A stretch of DNA of 64,000 nt from an uncultured Dongia sp. (GTDB lineage: Bacteria; Pseudomonadota; Alphaproteobacteria; Dongiales; Dongiaceae), in NCBI GenBank assembly GCA_936916975.1, contig CAKZGO010000012.1, positions 1,775 to 65,774 on the forward strand, in the 5' to 3' direction. Below the pieces are notes generated by a model, which saw only the letters and a list, made by a program, of their open reading frames with translations, was not told where the DNA came from and searched no databases. Both the position numbers and the translations under genes were made by a program. Positions 1 to 10,070 of the stretch are shown piece after piece. Every line of letters begins with the position of its first letter. The first letter of the stretch is position 1.

Positions 1-2529
1 CGCTTCCATTGCGTTGAGTGCCTGCCCGGACGATACGCCGTCCGCCGGCGCGCCCTGGATCGTCACGGCGCGGGTATTGTTATAGCGAATGATGCCGGGA
101 GGGCCGGTCACCAGGCGCACTTCCAGCAGGCTGCGGAGCGGCACCATCTTGCCGTCCTTGTTGCGCACGTTGATGCGGTAGATGTCGTCGATCCGCGCCC
201 GATCGACGGCCTCGGCCTGGATCTGCACCTGCCAGGTGCGGCCGAAGAGGTTTATGTCGTTGACGTAGTAGCCGCCGAGATAGGCCTGCAAGGCCTGGAA
301 CACATCGCTGAGCGCGATGCCCAGCACCTGTACCTTGTCGCGGTCGATGTCGAGAAAGACCGACGGATTGGTGGCCGAGAAGGTCGTGAACACGCCTTTG
401 AGCTGACTCTCCTGGTTCGCCGCCACGACCAGGCCGCGCAGCACCTGCGCCAGCACCTTGGGGTCGCCGCCGCTCAGATCCTTCAGCACATAGGTGAAGC
501 CGCCGCCAGTGCCGAGCCCGATGATCGGGGGCGGCGCCAAGGGCACCACCACGCCGCCGCGGATCTCGCGGAATTTGGGGCCGAGCCGCGCGATGATGGC
601 GGCTGCACCGTTTTCCCCCTCGGCACGCTCCTCGAAGGGTTTCAGCGTGACCACAATAAAGGCCGCATTGCCCTGCGAGTAATTGTCGATGAAGTTGAGG
701 CCGACCACTGAGGTGTAGTCAGCAACCGCCTCTTCCCCCTGCAAGACCTTTTCGGCTGCGGCGATGACGTTTTGGGTCCGCTGCAAGGCCGCACCTTCCG
801 GCAATTGCACCACGACGAAGAAGGCGCCCTGATCATCCTCAGGCAGGAATCCGGTCGGCGTCACCTTGAAGAGGGCCGCCGTGCCCGCCCCTGCCGCCAG
901 CGCCAGAACCAGGCCGATGATCGAGATGCGCAGCAGGCGCGTCACCCAATCGCCATAGCGGTCGCGGACCCAGTCGATCCCGCCCATGACGCGCCCCATG
1001 ATGCCATGCTTGGGTCCGGCATGACGACGCAGCAGCACGCCGCACAGCGCCGGCGACAAAGTCAACGCGTTGATAGCCGATAGGAACATGCCAACGGCAA
1101 CGGTGATCGCGAATTGCCGGAACAGCTCGCCGGAAATGCCGGGAATGAAGGCCACCGGCACGAAGACCGAGAGCAGCACCAGCGTGATGGCGATGATCGG
1201 CGCCGTGATTTCGGCCATCGCGCGCTTGGTGGCCTCGGCCGGCGTGAGGTCGGGATGCTCTTCCATCACCCGCTCGACATTCTCCACCACCACGATCGCG
1301 TCGTCGACCACAATGCCGATCGCCAGAACGATGGCGAGCAGCGAGACTGAATTCGCCGAATAGCCGATGGCGTTGAGAACGATGAAGGTGCCGATCAGAC
1401 TCACCGGCACCGCGAGAATGGGGATCAAGGTGGCGCGAGCCGACCCCAGGAACAGGAAGACGACGATGACCACCAGGATGAAGGCTTCGACCAGGGTCTT
1501 CTGCACCTCGTGCACCGTCGCCTTGACAAAGGCCGTCGGATCATAGGTGATCTTCCAGGCAAGGTCCTCGGGGAAGGACTTCTCCATCTCGCGCAACTTG
1601 GCCTCGACGCCCTCAAGCGTGCTGATGGCATTGGCGCCCGGCGCCTGGTAGATGGCCATCACCGCGGAGGCAGCGCCGTTGAAGCGCGTCTCGCGATCGA
1701 GATTGGCGGCCCCCAGTTCCAGCTTGGCGATATCGCCAAGGCGCAACACCGATCCGTCGGCATTGGTGCGAATGACGACCTTTTCGAATTCCTCGACCGT
1801 GGCAAGGCGGCCAGCGGTCTGGATGTTGAGCTGGAACTGCTGCTCGCTGGAAATCGGTTGCGCACCGATCCGCCCCACGGCCGCCTGCACATTCTGCGAC
1901 TGTATGGCCGTCACCACGTCGCCGGCGGTAAGGCCGAGGCCGGTCAGCCGGTCGGTGCGCAGCCAGGCCCGCATGGCGTAATCCTGCGGCCCCCACAGGC
2001 TCGCGTCACCGACGCCCGGCGTGCTCTTGACCTGATCGAGGATATTGATGGTGACGTAATTGGAGATGAACAGCGGGTCGTAGGTGCCCTTGGGCGAATA
2101 GACCGCGATGACACCCAGCAGCGCCGAGGACTTCTTCTTGACCGTGACACCCTGACGCTTCACCTCGTCGGGCAGTTTCGAGAGGGCAATCTGCACCCGG
2201 TTATTGAGGTTGACCGTATTGATATCGGGATCTGTGCCGAGCTCGAATGACGCGGTCAGCGAATAGCTGCCGTCATTGCCGCTGACGCTCTTCATATACA
2301 TCATCTTGTCGACGCCGACTGCCTGAGCCTCGATCGGCTGTGCCACCGTCGCATCGACAATGGCGGCCGCGGCACCTGGGTAACTGGTCGTCACAGCCAC
2401 CTGTGGCGGTACGATGTCCGGGTATTGCGCGACCGGAATGACGAAGAGCGACAGCAGGCCGGCGATCGTGGTGACGATCGCGATGACGATGGCCAGGCGT
2501 GGCCGGTCGACGAAAACGGCGGACAGCAT
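1..2529 (-). CDS. RND (HAE1/AcrB-type) efflux permease, N-terminal 843 codons; the 3' end runs off the left edge
   Basis: The minus-strand frame is open from ATG 2527-2529 to position 1. It has no stop, so it is absent from the ORF track. My translation starts MLSAVFVDRPRLAIVIAIVTTIAGLLSLFVIPVAQYPDIVPPQV (canonical AcrB N-terminus) and reads ...IQGAPADGVSSGQALNAMEA at the edge. The start follows the MFP gene stop by about 10 nt. Confidence 0.88.
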   Translation of the reverse strand, partial: MLSAVFVDRPRLAIVIAIVTTIAGLLSLFVIPVAQYPDIVPPQVAVTTSYPGAAAAIVDATVAQPIEAQAVGVDKMMYMKSVSGNDGSYSLTASFELGTDPDINTVNLNNRVQIALSKLPDEVKRQGVTVKKKSSALLGVIAVYSPKGTYDPLFISNYVTINILDQVKSTPGVGDASLWGPQDYAMRAWLRTDRLTGLGLTAGDVVTAIQSQNVQAAVGRIGAQPISSEQQFQLNIQTAGRLATVEEFEKVVIRTNADGSVLRLGDIAKLELGAANLDRETRFNGAASAVMAIYQAPGANAISTLEGVEAKLREMEKSFPEDLAWKITYDPTAFVKATVHEVQKTLVEAFILVVIVVFLFLGSARATLIPILAVPVSLIGTFIVLNAIGYSANSVSLLAIVLAIGIVVDDAIVVVENVERVMEEHPDLTPAEATKRAMAEITAPIIAITLVLLSVFVPVAFIPGISGELFRQFAITVAVGMFLSAINALTLSPALCGVLLRRHAGPKHGIMGRVMGGIDWVRDRYGDWVTRLLRISIIGLVLALAAGAGTAALFKVTPTGFLPEDDQGAFFVVVQLPEGAALQRTQNVIAAAEKVLQGEEAVADYTSVVGLNFIDNYSQGNAAFIVVTLKPFEERAEGENGAAAIIARLGPKFREIRGGVVVPLAPPPIIGLGTGGGFTYVLKDLSGGDPKVLAQVLRGLVVAANQESQLKGVFTTFSATNPSVFLDIDRDKVQVLGIALSDVFQALQAYLGGYYVNDINLFGRTWQVQIQAEAVDRARIDDIYRINVRNKDGKMVPLRSLLEVRLVTGPPGIIRYNNTRAVTIQGAPADGVSSGQALNAMEA

Positions 2530-2538
2530 GATCCGCCC

Positions 2539-3645
2539 TCAGCTCGGATTAGCAGGGCTGATGGGAGCGGCTTGAACCGGCATGTCGGGGCGCACGAATT
2601 GCAGCCCCTCGACGATCACCATCTCGCCGCCCGACAGGCCCTCGCTGACGATGGTGTTGGGTCCGTGCTCGCCACCGGGCTTGATCCGTTTGACCACCGC
2701 CTTGTCATTCTCGACCACGAAGACATAGATGCCCTGCTGGTCGGCGAGCAGCGCCGATTGCGGTACTACCACGACATCCTCGGGCTTGGCGCTTTGCAGC
2801 AGTACATTGACGAACTGACCGTCGACCAGCGTGCCCGCGGGATTGGGAAAGCTCGCCCGCACGGCGATCGTGTCCGTCGTTTGGTCGGTGGTCACGTCGA
2901 CAAAATTGATACTGCCGGTTTCGGGATAAATACTGCCATCCGAGAAGTTGATCTTGACCAGGATGTCTTCTTTCTTGGCGCCCGCCTCCATCCCGGCACG
3001 CAGGAACTCGCGCTGGCTCACCGGGAAGGTCACATACATCGGGTCCTGGCTGACGATCACGGTCAGTGGCCCACTGCTCGGCCCCACCACATTTCCCTTG
3101 GTCACTGCCGTCCGGCCGATCTTGCCCGTGATCGGCGACTTGATCTCAGTGTAGCCGAGATTGATCTCGGCAGTGCGGACGCTCGCCTCGCTCATCGCCT
3201 GATCGGCCGCCGCCTGCTGGGTCTGCGCCTCGCGCTGATCCATGCTCATCTGGCTGGCGACTTCCTTGGTCAGCAGCTCCTTGGTGCGCCCTTTCTGCTG
3301 CTGGGCCAGCACCACCGATGCCTTGGCACTCTTTACGCTGCCTTGCGCCTGCTGCAATGCGGCTTCGTATAGGCTCTTCTCAATCGTGTAGAGCGGCGCT
3401 CCCGCCTCAACCATGCTGCCTTCGGTGAAATGGATCTGCTCCAGATATCCGGAGACGCGGGCCATAATCTCGACCCGCTCCACGGCCTGCACGCGGCCGA
3501 CGAAGCTTTCCGATTTTGCCACCGCCTGTTTCGTGGCCGCGATGGTGCCGACCGTCAGGGCCTGCGGTGCTGCGTTCTCCTGCGCGGCGACCGGCGACAT
3601 CACGCCCATAAGGAGGCAGGCAGCAATCCATCCGAATTTCTTCAT
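2539..3645 (-). CDS. RND efflux membrane-fusion (periplasmic adaptor) protein, HlyD/AcrA family
   Basis: 368-aa ORF with signal peptide MKKFGWIAACLLMGVMSPVAAQ. It has a coiled-coil hairpin segment and a lipoyl-type motif (YTEIKSPITGKIGR). It lies immediately upstream of the RND permease in the same operon. Confidence 0.88.
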   Translation of the reverse strand: MKKFGWIAACLLMGVMSPVAAQENAAPQALTVGTIAATKQAVAKSESFVGRVQAVERVEIMARVSGYLEQIHFTEGSMVEAGAPLYTIEKSLYEAALQQAQGSVKSAKASVVLAQQQKGRTKELLTKEVASQMSMDQREAQTQQAAADQAMSEASVRTAEINLGYTEIKSPITGKIGRTAVTKGNVVGPSSGPLTVIVSQDPMYVTFPVSQREFLRAGMEAGAKKEDILVKINFSDGSIYPETGSINFVDVTTDQTTDTIAVRASFPNPAGTLVDGQFVNVLLQSAKPEDVVVVPQSALLADQQGIYVFVVENDKAVVKRIKPGGEHGPNTIVSEGLSGGEMVIVEGLQFVRPDMPVQAAPISPANPS

Positions 3646-3669
3646 CGACCGTCTCCCTGCTTGCTTTAC

Positions 3670-4806
3670 CTAGAACTCGATCGCCGACCCCACCGAGAAC
3701 TCGATTGCATCATAGCCATCGGCTGGATCATCGGCGTCGTCCGCCGCCTCCGCCCAGGTATAGAAGACACCGGCGTCAAGACTGATGCCCGGCCCCATCT
3801 CGTAAATCGCGGTAACACCGGCGCGATCCAACTGATCATCATCACTGAAGCCAGTGACGTCTCGGGTACCATGGGCCCAGCCGGCACCCAAGGTCCAGGC
3901 ATCCCAGGCATAGGTGAAGCCAGTGCCTACCAGCCAAAGATCCTGGTCCTGTCCGTTCTCATTTGTAAAGTAGGTGCCAGCGACGCCGAACGTCCAACTG
4001 CCCAGAGACATATTTACGCCGGCATTGTAACCGGCCTGTTCTGCATCCTCCGGTCCTGCCTTGTTTACATCGCCCTCAATATAGGCAGCGGCACCGGCAA
4101 CGACTCCCCATCCATCGCCTTCGTGCTCATAATGCACATTGAGGCCGACATTGTTGCTCGCCGAACCTTCCGGTTTGTTTGCACGCCACGAGCCATCGAC
4201 ATTGTCGCCGGCATTATAGGCCTTTTCATCATCATTCGGCGTGAAACTGGCGCCGAAGCTGAAGCCGCTCCAGGTCGGAGAATAATACACCAGCTTGATC
4301 GGCTTATCTCTGACGGTGATCGAGTTCTCGGGGTCGAACAGCCCCGGTGACAAGACGGCGCCGATATTGTTCGGCGAGTACGGACCAAAATTGGACGTAG
4401 AACCGGGCGGCAGCATATATGAACTGCCAGCGGCGCCATCGACCAAGCCAACGCGCAGCTCGCCCCAGCCGCCGCTGAAATAGCCATACGACTGATCGAA
4501 CTGGTCACCGTCTTCATCACCGGCCTCCAGATCGAAGCGGGCACCAACTGTGACACCATTGTCCAGCGTCACTTCGCCCTCGAACTGGATCTCACCGTCA
4601 TGGCCGATACCCACCGTATTGACGTCGTCCCCGATCTCACCTTCGCTGTCGTCGTCGAAGGTCGCGCCAAAGGCGTTGTAAAGGAACCCGCCCAGCGACA
4701 GCTTCACGCCGTCGCTGGCTGCGGTCGCCGCAGCCAAGGCCTGCAGGCCGGCGAGTGCGGTGGTGCCGAGCAGAAGGCGATAAAGGTGATTGCGCCGCCC
4801 CGTCAT
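3670..4806 (-). CDS. Outer-membrane porin (beta-barrel)
   Basis: 378-aa ORF with an N-terminal signal sequence. It shows a Gly/Asp/aromatic-rich alternating-strand pattern, acidic loops and a terminal ...GSAIEF (C-terminal Phe, typical of OM barrels). Confidence 0.75.
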   Translation of the reverse strand: MTGRRNHLYRLLLGTTALAGLQALAAATAASDGVKLSLGGFLYNAFGATFDDDSEGEIGDDVNTVGIGHDGEIQFEGEVTLDNGVTVGARFDLEAGDEDGDQFDQSYGYFSGGWGELRVGLVDGAAGSSYMLPPGSTSNFGPYSPNNIGAVLSPGLFDPENSITVRDKPIKLVYYSPTWSGFSFGASFTPNDDEKAYNAGDNVDGSWRANKPEGSASNNVGLNVHYEHEGDGWGVVAGAAAYIEGDVNKAGPEDAEQAGYNAGVNMSLGSWTFGVAGTYFTNENGQDQDLWLVGTGFTYAWDAWTLGAGWAHGTRDVTGFSDDDQLDRAGVTAIYEMGPGISLDAGVFYTWAEAADDADDPADGYDAIEFSVGSAIEF

Positions 4807-4822
4807 GTTCCCCTCCCTGCCG

Positions 4823-7114
4823 CTATTTGCGAATGCACATCATGCGATACACCCCGTCTTCCACTTCCACACCATGGGTGTCGTGGGTGAAGCCGGGGAA
4901 ATGCCTGTCATAGGCCTCCAGCGCCTTGAGGTAGCCCAGGATCGAGCCGTTGGCCGGCCCGGCATTCTCACCCGGAATCAGAATCGGAATACCTGGCGGA
5001 TAGGGAACGACGCCAGTCGCGGCGATGCGGCCGGCCATACCATCGAGCGTCACCGTCTCGACCTGACCGAGCACCAGCTTTTCATAGGCCTGCACCGGGC
5101 TCAGCTCCACCTTGGGTAACAGGGAGAAGCCGGCCGACATGTTGGCCGTCGTCTTCAGGCTCTTCACCTTGGCGAACATATCGTCGGCGAGATCCTTGAG
5201 GCCCATCCCGCCATAGCGGGTGCCATAAGCTTCCACCAGATCCGGCATCACCCGCTCCAGCGACACATTGGCATCGTAATCCCGCTTGAAGTCGGCCAGG
5301 CTGCTGACCAGCGTGCCCCACTTTCCCTTGGTGATGCCAAGCGAGAACAGCACCAGGATGTTGAAATCCGTCGTCTTTTCGACCTCGATGCCGCGCCGAT
5401 GGAGATAGGCGGTGACGATGCTGGCCGGGATTCCGGTCTGGGCAAGCTTGCCGTCCGGTGACATGCCCGGTGCCAGGATCGAAACCTTGATAGGGTCGAG
5501 CATGCACCAATCACCTTCGAGCCCATCGAACCCATGCCAGGCTGCACCGGGCTCCAACACCCAGCAACTGGGATCCGTTGCCAGATGTTCCGGGTCGGCG
5601 GCATGCAGGGCAATCCTCTTGCCTTTTACCTTCACGCTATCCGGCTGCCAGATGTTGAAGAACCAGGTCTTCTTTGCGGCGCATTCGGCATGGAGACGCG
5701 CAATGATCTGGCGAAAGGCAATAGCCTCGCGGATTGACTCACCGGTCAGCGCCTCGCCCGACGGGCCGTCCATCATGGCGGCGCTGACATCGTTCGACGC
5801 GATGATCGCGTAATTGGGCGAGGTCGAGGCATGCATCATGAACGCTTCGTTGAAGCGCGCATGCTCAATCGGGCGCCGCCCGTCGCGGATGTGAATATAG
5901 GAGGCCTGCGACAAAGCAGCGAGCAGCTTGTGGGTCGACTGCGTCGCAAAGACCGTCGGCCCCTTCGGGTCGTGATCCTTGGGATCGCCATGCATGGCGT
6001 GGCGGTCGCGATAGAGTGGGTTGAAGCGCGCATAGCCGTACCAGGCCTCGTCGAAATGCAACCGATCGACCGATTTTCCCAACAACTTCTCGACCGACGT
6101 CACGTTGTAGCAGAGGCCGTCATAGGTCGAATTGGTGATGATGGCATGCTGCGGCGTCGGATCGACCCGGCCTTTCACCAGCGGATTGTCGGCGATGGAT
6201 TTCTTGAGCGCCTGCGGGGTCAGGCGCGATGGCGGGATCGGGCCGATGATGCCCAACCCGTTGCGCGACGGCATCATCCAGGTGGGAATGGTGCCGGACA
6301 GCGTCATGGCATGTTCGGCCGATTTGTGACAGTTGCGGTCACACAGCGCCACCTGGTCGCGCGTGACGCTGGACATCAGAATGACTCGGTTCGAGGTCGA
6401 TGAGCCGTTGGTGACATAATAGGTGCGGTGGGCACCGAAGACACGGGCGGCGTACCTTTCGCCGGCACCGATGGGTCCACTGTGGTCCAGCAGTGAACCG
6501 AGCTCACCGACGGAAATGGAAAGGTCGGAGCGTAAGGTGTTTTCGCCAAAGAACTCGAAGAACGCACGGCCCGCCGGATGCTTCAGGAAGGCCGTGCCCC
6601 CGGTATGCCCCGGCGTGTGCCATGAATATTCATGGACCTGCGCGAATTTCACCAAGGCGCCGAACATGGGCGGCAAGACCTGAGCCCGGTAACGATCCAT
6701 GGCGGCGATGATACGGCCGGCAACGAAGGTCGGCGTATCCTCCCGCAGCCAGATGAAATCGTCGAACTTGTCCATGGATTGCAGCGGAATGGTCGAGGCC
6801 ACACTGCGATCGGCGCAAACGAAAATCGGTAGATTGGCATTGCGCCGCCGGATCGCCTTCAGGAGGGCAATCGCCTGGCCGTATTTCTTGTCGGAGGGCA
6901 GGTCCCAATCCACCAGCGCCACCTGAATGGCGGCATCACCATCGATGATGAGGCGCGCATCCTCGCAGGTCGTCACCGACACGACGTCGACGTCACGCGC
7001 CCGCAACTCGTCGGCAAGCGCCCGCGCCGCCCGCCCGTCGGCGTTGTCGGCAGTCATTTCGGAATTGACGAACAGGGCCTTGAGGCCGAAGAGACGATAG
7101 GAACTGGTCCGCAT
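4823..7114 (-). CDS. adiA: Large PLP-dependent Orn/Lys/Arg decarboxylase, closest to biodegradative arginine decarboxylase (AdiA-like)
   Basis: The ORF track gives 786 aa (to 7183). I prefer ATG 7112-7114, which has GGAGAAGG just upstream and gives 763 aa. Several blocks match my recollection of E. coli AdiA: HTPGH.GG, DRNCHKS, STHK, DRLHFDEAWYGYARFNP, MLDPIKVSILAPGM, GKWGTLV..FKRDYDAN, VPYPPGIP and HFPGF.H. An N-terminal wing domain is present. Confidence 0.85.
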   Translation of the reverse strand: MRTSSYRLFGLKALFVNSEMTADNADGRAARALADELRARDVDVVSVTTCEDARLIIDGDAAIQVALVDWDLPSDKKYGQAIALLKAIRRRNANLPIFVCADRSVASTIPLQSMDKFDDFIWLREDTPTFVAGRIIAAMDRYRAQVLPPMFGALVKFAQVHEYSWHTPGHTGGTAFLKHPAGRAFFEFFGENTLRSDLSISVGELGSLLDHSGPIGAGERYAARVFGAHRTYYVTNGSSTSNRVILMSSVTRDQVALCDRNCHKSAEHAMTLSGTIPTWMMPSRNGLGIIGPIPPSRLTPQALKKSIADNPLVKGRVDPTPQHAIITNSTYDGLCYNVTSVEKLLGKSVDRLHFDEAWYGYARFNPLYRDRHAMHGDPKDHDPKGPTVFATQSTHKLLAALSQASYIHIRDGRRPIEHARFNEAFMMHASTSPNYAIIASNDVSAAMMDGPSGEALTGESIREAIAFRQIIARLHAECAAKKTWFFNIWQPDSVKVKGKRIALHAADPEHLATDPSCWVLEPGAAWHGFDGLEGDWCMLDPIKVSILAPGMSPDGKLAQTGIPASIVTAYLHRRGIEVEKTTDFNILVLFSLGITKGKWGTLVSSLADFKRDYDANVSLERVMPDLVEAYGTRYGGMGLKDLADDMFAKVKSLKTTANMSAGFSLLPKVELSPVQAYEKLVLGQVETVTLDGMAGRIAATGVVPYPPGIPILIPGENAGPANGSILGYLKALEAYDRHFPGFTHDTHGVEVEDGVYRMMCIRK

Positions 7115-7522
7115 TGCCTTCTCCCGTTTTTGCCTGGCGTCGCCCGTTTTAGCCTTGCGCCGATTGTGATCCAGTCTTGTCATGCGTGATGAGGGCCGGC
7201 ATGCAGAAGCCGCGTGTATCGCGTGCTGCTACCGTCGCCGCTGCGTCCTCCCGCCCGACGACGATTGCCGCAACATCGGAATCGCAGCGCGTGGTCCGGC
7301 ACCTGATTTTCTCTTCGATAAGCTCTGCGATGCGCTGGTAAGCGGAACCGCCCACGAGGAGTCGAAAGCACTCGGAGACAGGAAACATAATCTCCCCCCA
7401 AGACTGTTTTATTGGCGATCGGAGCTGGCATCACGCGTGACACCCACTGCTCAAACGACACCCAATGCCAAGCACATTAAACCCTGCTATGGTCAAATGC
7501 ACGCCCTGGGTGTAGATTTTTG

Positions 7523-7563
7523 ACGCGCGGGTTGGCATGGGTCAGGGGCTTGGACCCGCGCGT
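7523..7563 (+). promoter_or_regulatory. Perfect 10-bp GC-rich inverted repeat (ACGCGCGGGT-N21-ACCCGCGCGT) in the long potE upstream region
   Basis: Read directly: arms at 7523-7532 and 7554-7563. A TTGACG hexamer overlaps its left edge (7520-7525) and a short T-run (cgttttc) follows 13 nt downstream. Confidence 0.4.
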
Positions 7564-7818
7564 GCAGGATATGGGTATCGTTTTCATGCTGCAACTGCGC
7601 TGGCCGTTCCCGCGCCGCATGATGTTTTCGCCCGTTCGACTACGCAGCGACGCATTAAAACCTACTGCTCGGAAGCCTAACGATAACCTGCATCCATCTG
7701 GCAATGCTCAGTTAGAAAAAATACGAGCCCCGAAACAAGTTGGTAATTCGCTCAAGCCGTAGCTGTCTCGCTCGTCATAACGCATCATGACGGCGCAGCC
7801 TTCCGAAAGGAGCTTCAG

Positions 7819-9168
7819 ATGAGTGCCGCTCAAAGCAAAATGAATGTCTGGCAGCTGACTTTGTTGACAGCGGTCAATATGATGGGTTCGGGCATCATCC
7901 TGCTCCCTTCCAAGCTCGCCGAAGTCGGCACGATCTCGATTTTTTCATGGCTCATCACAGCAGGCGGCTCACTGGCGCTCGCTTACGCCTTCGCGCGCTG
8001 CGGCATGCTCAGTCGCAAGCCCGGTGGCATGGGTGGCTATGCCGAGTATGCCTTCGGCAAGGCCGGCAACTACATGGCCAACTACACGTATGGCCTGTCA
8101 TTGGTGATCGCCAACGTTGCCATCGGCATCACCGCCGTGGGCTATGGCACGGCGCTGTTCAACGTGGCACTCGATCCGCTGCAGACCTGCATCTGGACCA
8201 TCATCCTGCTGGTCCTCACCACTCTGGCCAATTTCGGCGGCGCCAGGATTACCGGGCGCATCGGTGCCGTGACGGTCTGGGGTGTCATCGGACCGGTGGT
8301 CGTCATTTCGCTCCTCGGCTGGTTCTGGTTCAGCGGCAGCACCTGGACTGCGGCCTGGAACCCCCATGGCATCGAATTCGGGCCGGCGGTCGGCAGTTCG
8401 ATTGCCATCACTCTATGGGCATTCCTCGGTCTCGAATCTGCCTGCGCCAATGCCGACGCTGTCGAGAATCCGGAGCGCGATGTCCCCATCGCCGTCCTCG
8501 GCGGTACGATCGGGGCAGCGGTGGTCTATATCGTCTCCACCAATGTCATCGCCGGTATCGTCCCGAACGCCGAACTCGCCGCATCCAGCGCACCCTTCGG
8601 TCTCGTCTTTGCCACCATGTTCTCGCCGATGGTCGGCACCATCATCATGGCGTTGATGGTGATTGCCTGCATCGGCTCGCTTCTGGGCTGGCAGTTTACA
8701 GTCGCCCAGGTGTTCAAGAGCTCGGCCGATGTCGGCTACTTCCTGCCGATCTTCGGCAAGGCGACCAAGACCGGCACCCCCATTGTCGGCATGCTCATCC
8801 TGCTGGCCGCACAGGTCGTCCTCTCCCTCATGACCATCAGTCCGGAACTCACCGCGCAGTTCCAGAAGGTGGTCAACCTCGCGGTGGTCACCAATCTCGT
8901 TCCCTATGTCATGTCGATGGCTGCCCTGATCACGATCCAGAATGTCTCCGGCGTACCACCGCAGAAAGCCATGATCACGAACGCCATTGCCATGGTCGGA
9001 ACGGTCTACAGCTTCTATGCGCTGTGGAGCTCCGGTCCCGAAGCCCTGATGCTGGGTGGCCTCAGCATCTTTGCCGGCTGGACCCTTTTCGGCTTCGTCA
9101 GCGCGCGCTTCTACCGCATGGAAGTGGCTGCCCACATCAAGGATCCCGGTAAATCCCTGCAGGCATGA
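7819..9168 (+). CDS. potE: APC-family basic amino acid/polyamine antiporter, PotE-like
   Basis: 449 aa, about 12 TM helices, with AGGAG 7 nt upstream. It has long near-identical blocks to E. coli PotE as I recall it: NMMGSGII.LP.KLAEVGTISI.SWL, GGMGGYAEYAFGK.GN.MANYTYG, TLWAFLGLESACAN.D.VENPER.VPIAVLGGT, GSLLGWQFT.AQVFKSS.D.GYF and NLAVVTN..PY..SMAAL. It is clearly less like AdiC. Confidence 0.85.
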   Translation: MSAAQSKMNVWQLTLLTAVNMMGSGIILLPSKLAEVGTISIFSWLITAGGSLALAYAFARCGMLSRKPGGMGGYAEYAFGKAGNYMANYTYGLSLVIANVAIGITAVGYGTALFNVALDPLQTCIWTIILLVLTTLANFGGARITGRIGAVTVWGVIGPVVVISLLGWFWFSGSTWTAAWNPHGIEFGPAVGSSIAITLWAFLGLESACANADAVENPERDVPIAVLGGTIGAAVVYIVSTNVIAGIVPNAELAASSAPFGLVFATMFSPMVGTIIMALMVIACIGSLLGWQFTVAQVFKSSADVGYFLPIFGKATKTGTPIVGMLILLAAQVVLSLMTISPELTAQFQKVVNLAVVTNLVPYVMSMAALITIQNVSGVPPQKAMITNAIAMVGTVYSFYALWSSGPEALMLGGLSIFAGWTLFGFVSARFYRMEVAAHIKDPGKSLQA

Positions 9169-9263
9169 TCTCGCCGAGACTGGGACTGGGACCGGCTTCC
9201 GTGACGCCGCGGCCACGAAACATCTGGGTTCGCGGGATGGCTGAAATCGGCAGCGACTCATCA

Positions 9264-10070
9264 CTAACCGCCACGCTGTGGCTGCCACGCCTGCGCCCGA
9301 CGTTGCGCCTCATCCATCTGCGACGGGGTCATCAGGCGCCGCGCCATATCGATGCTCTGCGGCGCATCCGGGTCACCGCTCTTGGACGCCAGGATGAACC
9401 ACATCATGGCCTCGACATAATCTTGGCCGACCCCCTGCCCGTCGGCATACATGGCACCTAGATTGTTCTGGGCCGTGGCATGACCCTGATCCGCCGCGCG
9501 GCGATACCATGTCATGGCATCGGCATCGCTTTGTGCGACGCCACGACCAAAATCATACATGACACCAAGCTTGAACTGGCCCTTGGCATAGCCTTGTTCG
9601 GCTGCCAGCCGATACCATTTGACGGCTTCGGCGTTATCCAGGGCGACGCCGTCGCCATTCGCATACATGACGCCAAGATTGAAACATGCTTCGACATAGC
9701 CCTGCTCCGCGGCCAGGCGATACCACTTGGCAGCTTCAGCATAGTCCTTGGGGACGCCCTGGCCCAGCCGATGTAGCTGCCCCAGATTGAACTGCGCGGC
9801 GCCGTATCCTTGCGCCGCCGACAGCAAATACCATTTCCGGGCCTCGACGGGGTCCAGCGGGACTCCGCTGCCATGCGCGAACATGATGCCAAGACTATTT
9901 TGAGCACGGGCGTCGCCCTGCTCCGCCACCGGACGCAGCAGCGCCAGGGCCGTGGCAAAATCCCCCTGCGCCTGCGCAGCCAGGCCGTCATCCACCTGGT
10001 CCGCCATCGCGATATCCGCGACCAGCAGAGAAAGCACCAGCGCCACGGCTGAGATCTTGATGACCTGCAT
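9264..10070 (-). CDS. Secreted Sel1-repeat (TPR-like) protein
   Basis: 268 aa with a signal peptide. It has tandem ~36-aa Sel1 units (A..WYRLAAEQGY..AQFNLG.MY..G.GV..D...A.KW). Confidence 0.85.
   Translation of the reverse strand: MQVIKISAVALVLSLLVADIAMADQVDDGLAAQAQGDFATALALLRPVAEQGDARAQNSLGIMFAHGSGVPLDPVEARKWYLLSAAQGYGAAQFNLGQLHRLGQGVPKDYAEAAKWYRLAAEQGYVEACFNLGVMYANGDGVALDNAEAVKWYRLAAEQGYAKGQFKLGVMYDFGRGVAQSDADAMTWYRRAADQGHATAQNNLGAMYADGQGVGQDYVEAMMWFILASKSGDPDAPQSIDMARRLMTPSQMDEAQRRAQAWQPQRGG

Noticed and set aside
1-4806. The idea that the RND pump, MFP and porin form the secretion route for the giant adhesin
   Set aside because: RTX adhesins use ABC-type T1SS (ABC transporter, HlyD-type MFP and TolC). 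The permease here has an AcrB-type N-terminus, and the barrel looks like a general porin, not TolC.
7947-9152. 401-aa alternative + frame ORF overlapping potE
   Set aside because: It is an out-of-frame overlap with an ORF that matches PotE almost end to end, and its composition is Arg/His/Gly/Pro-rich nonsense.
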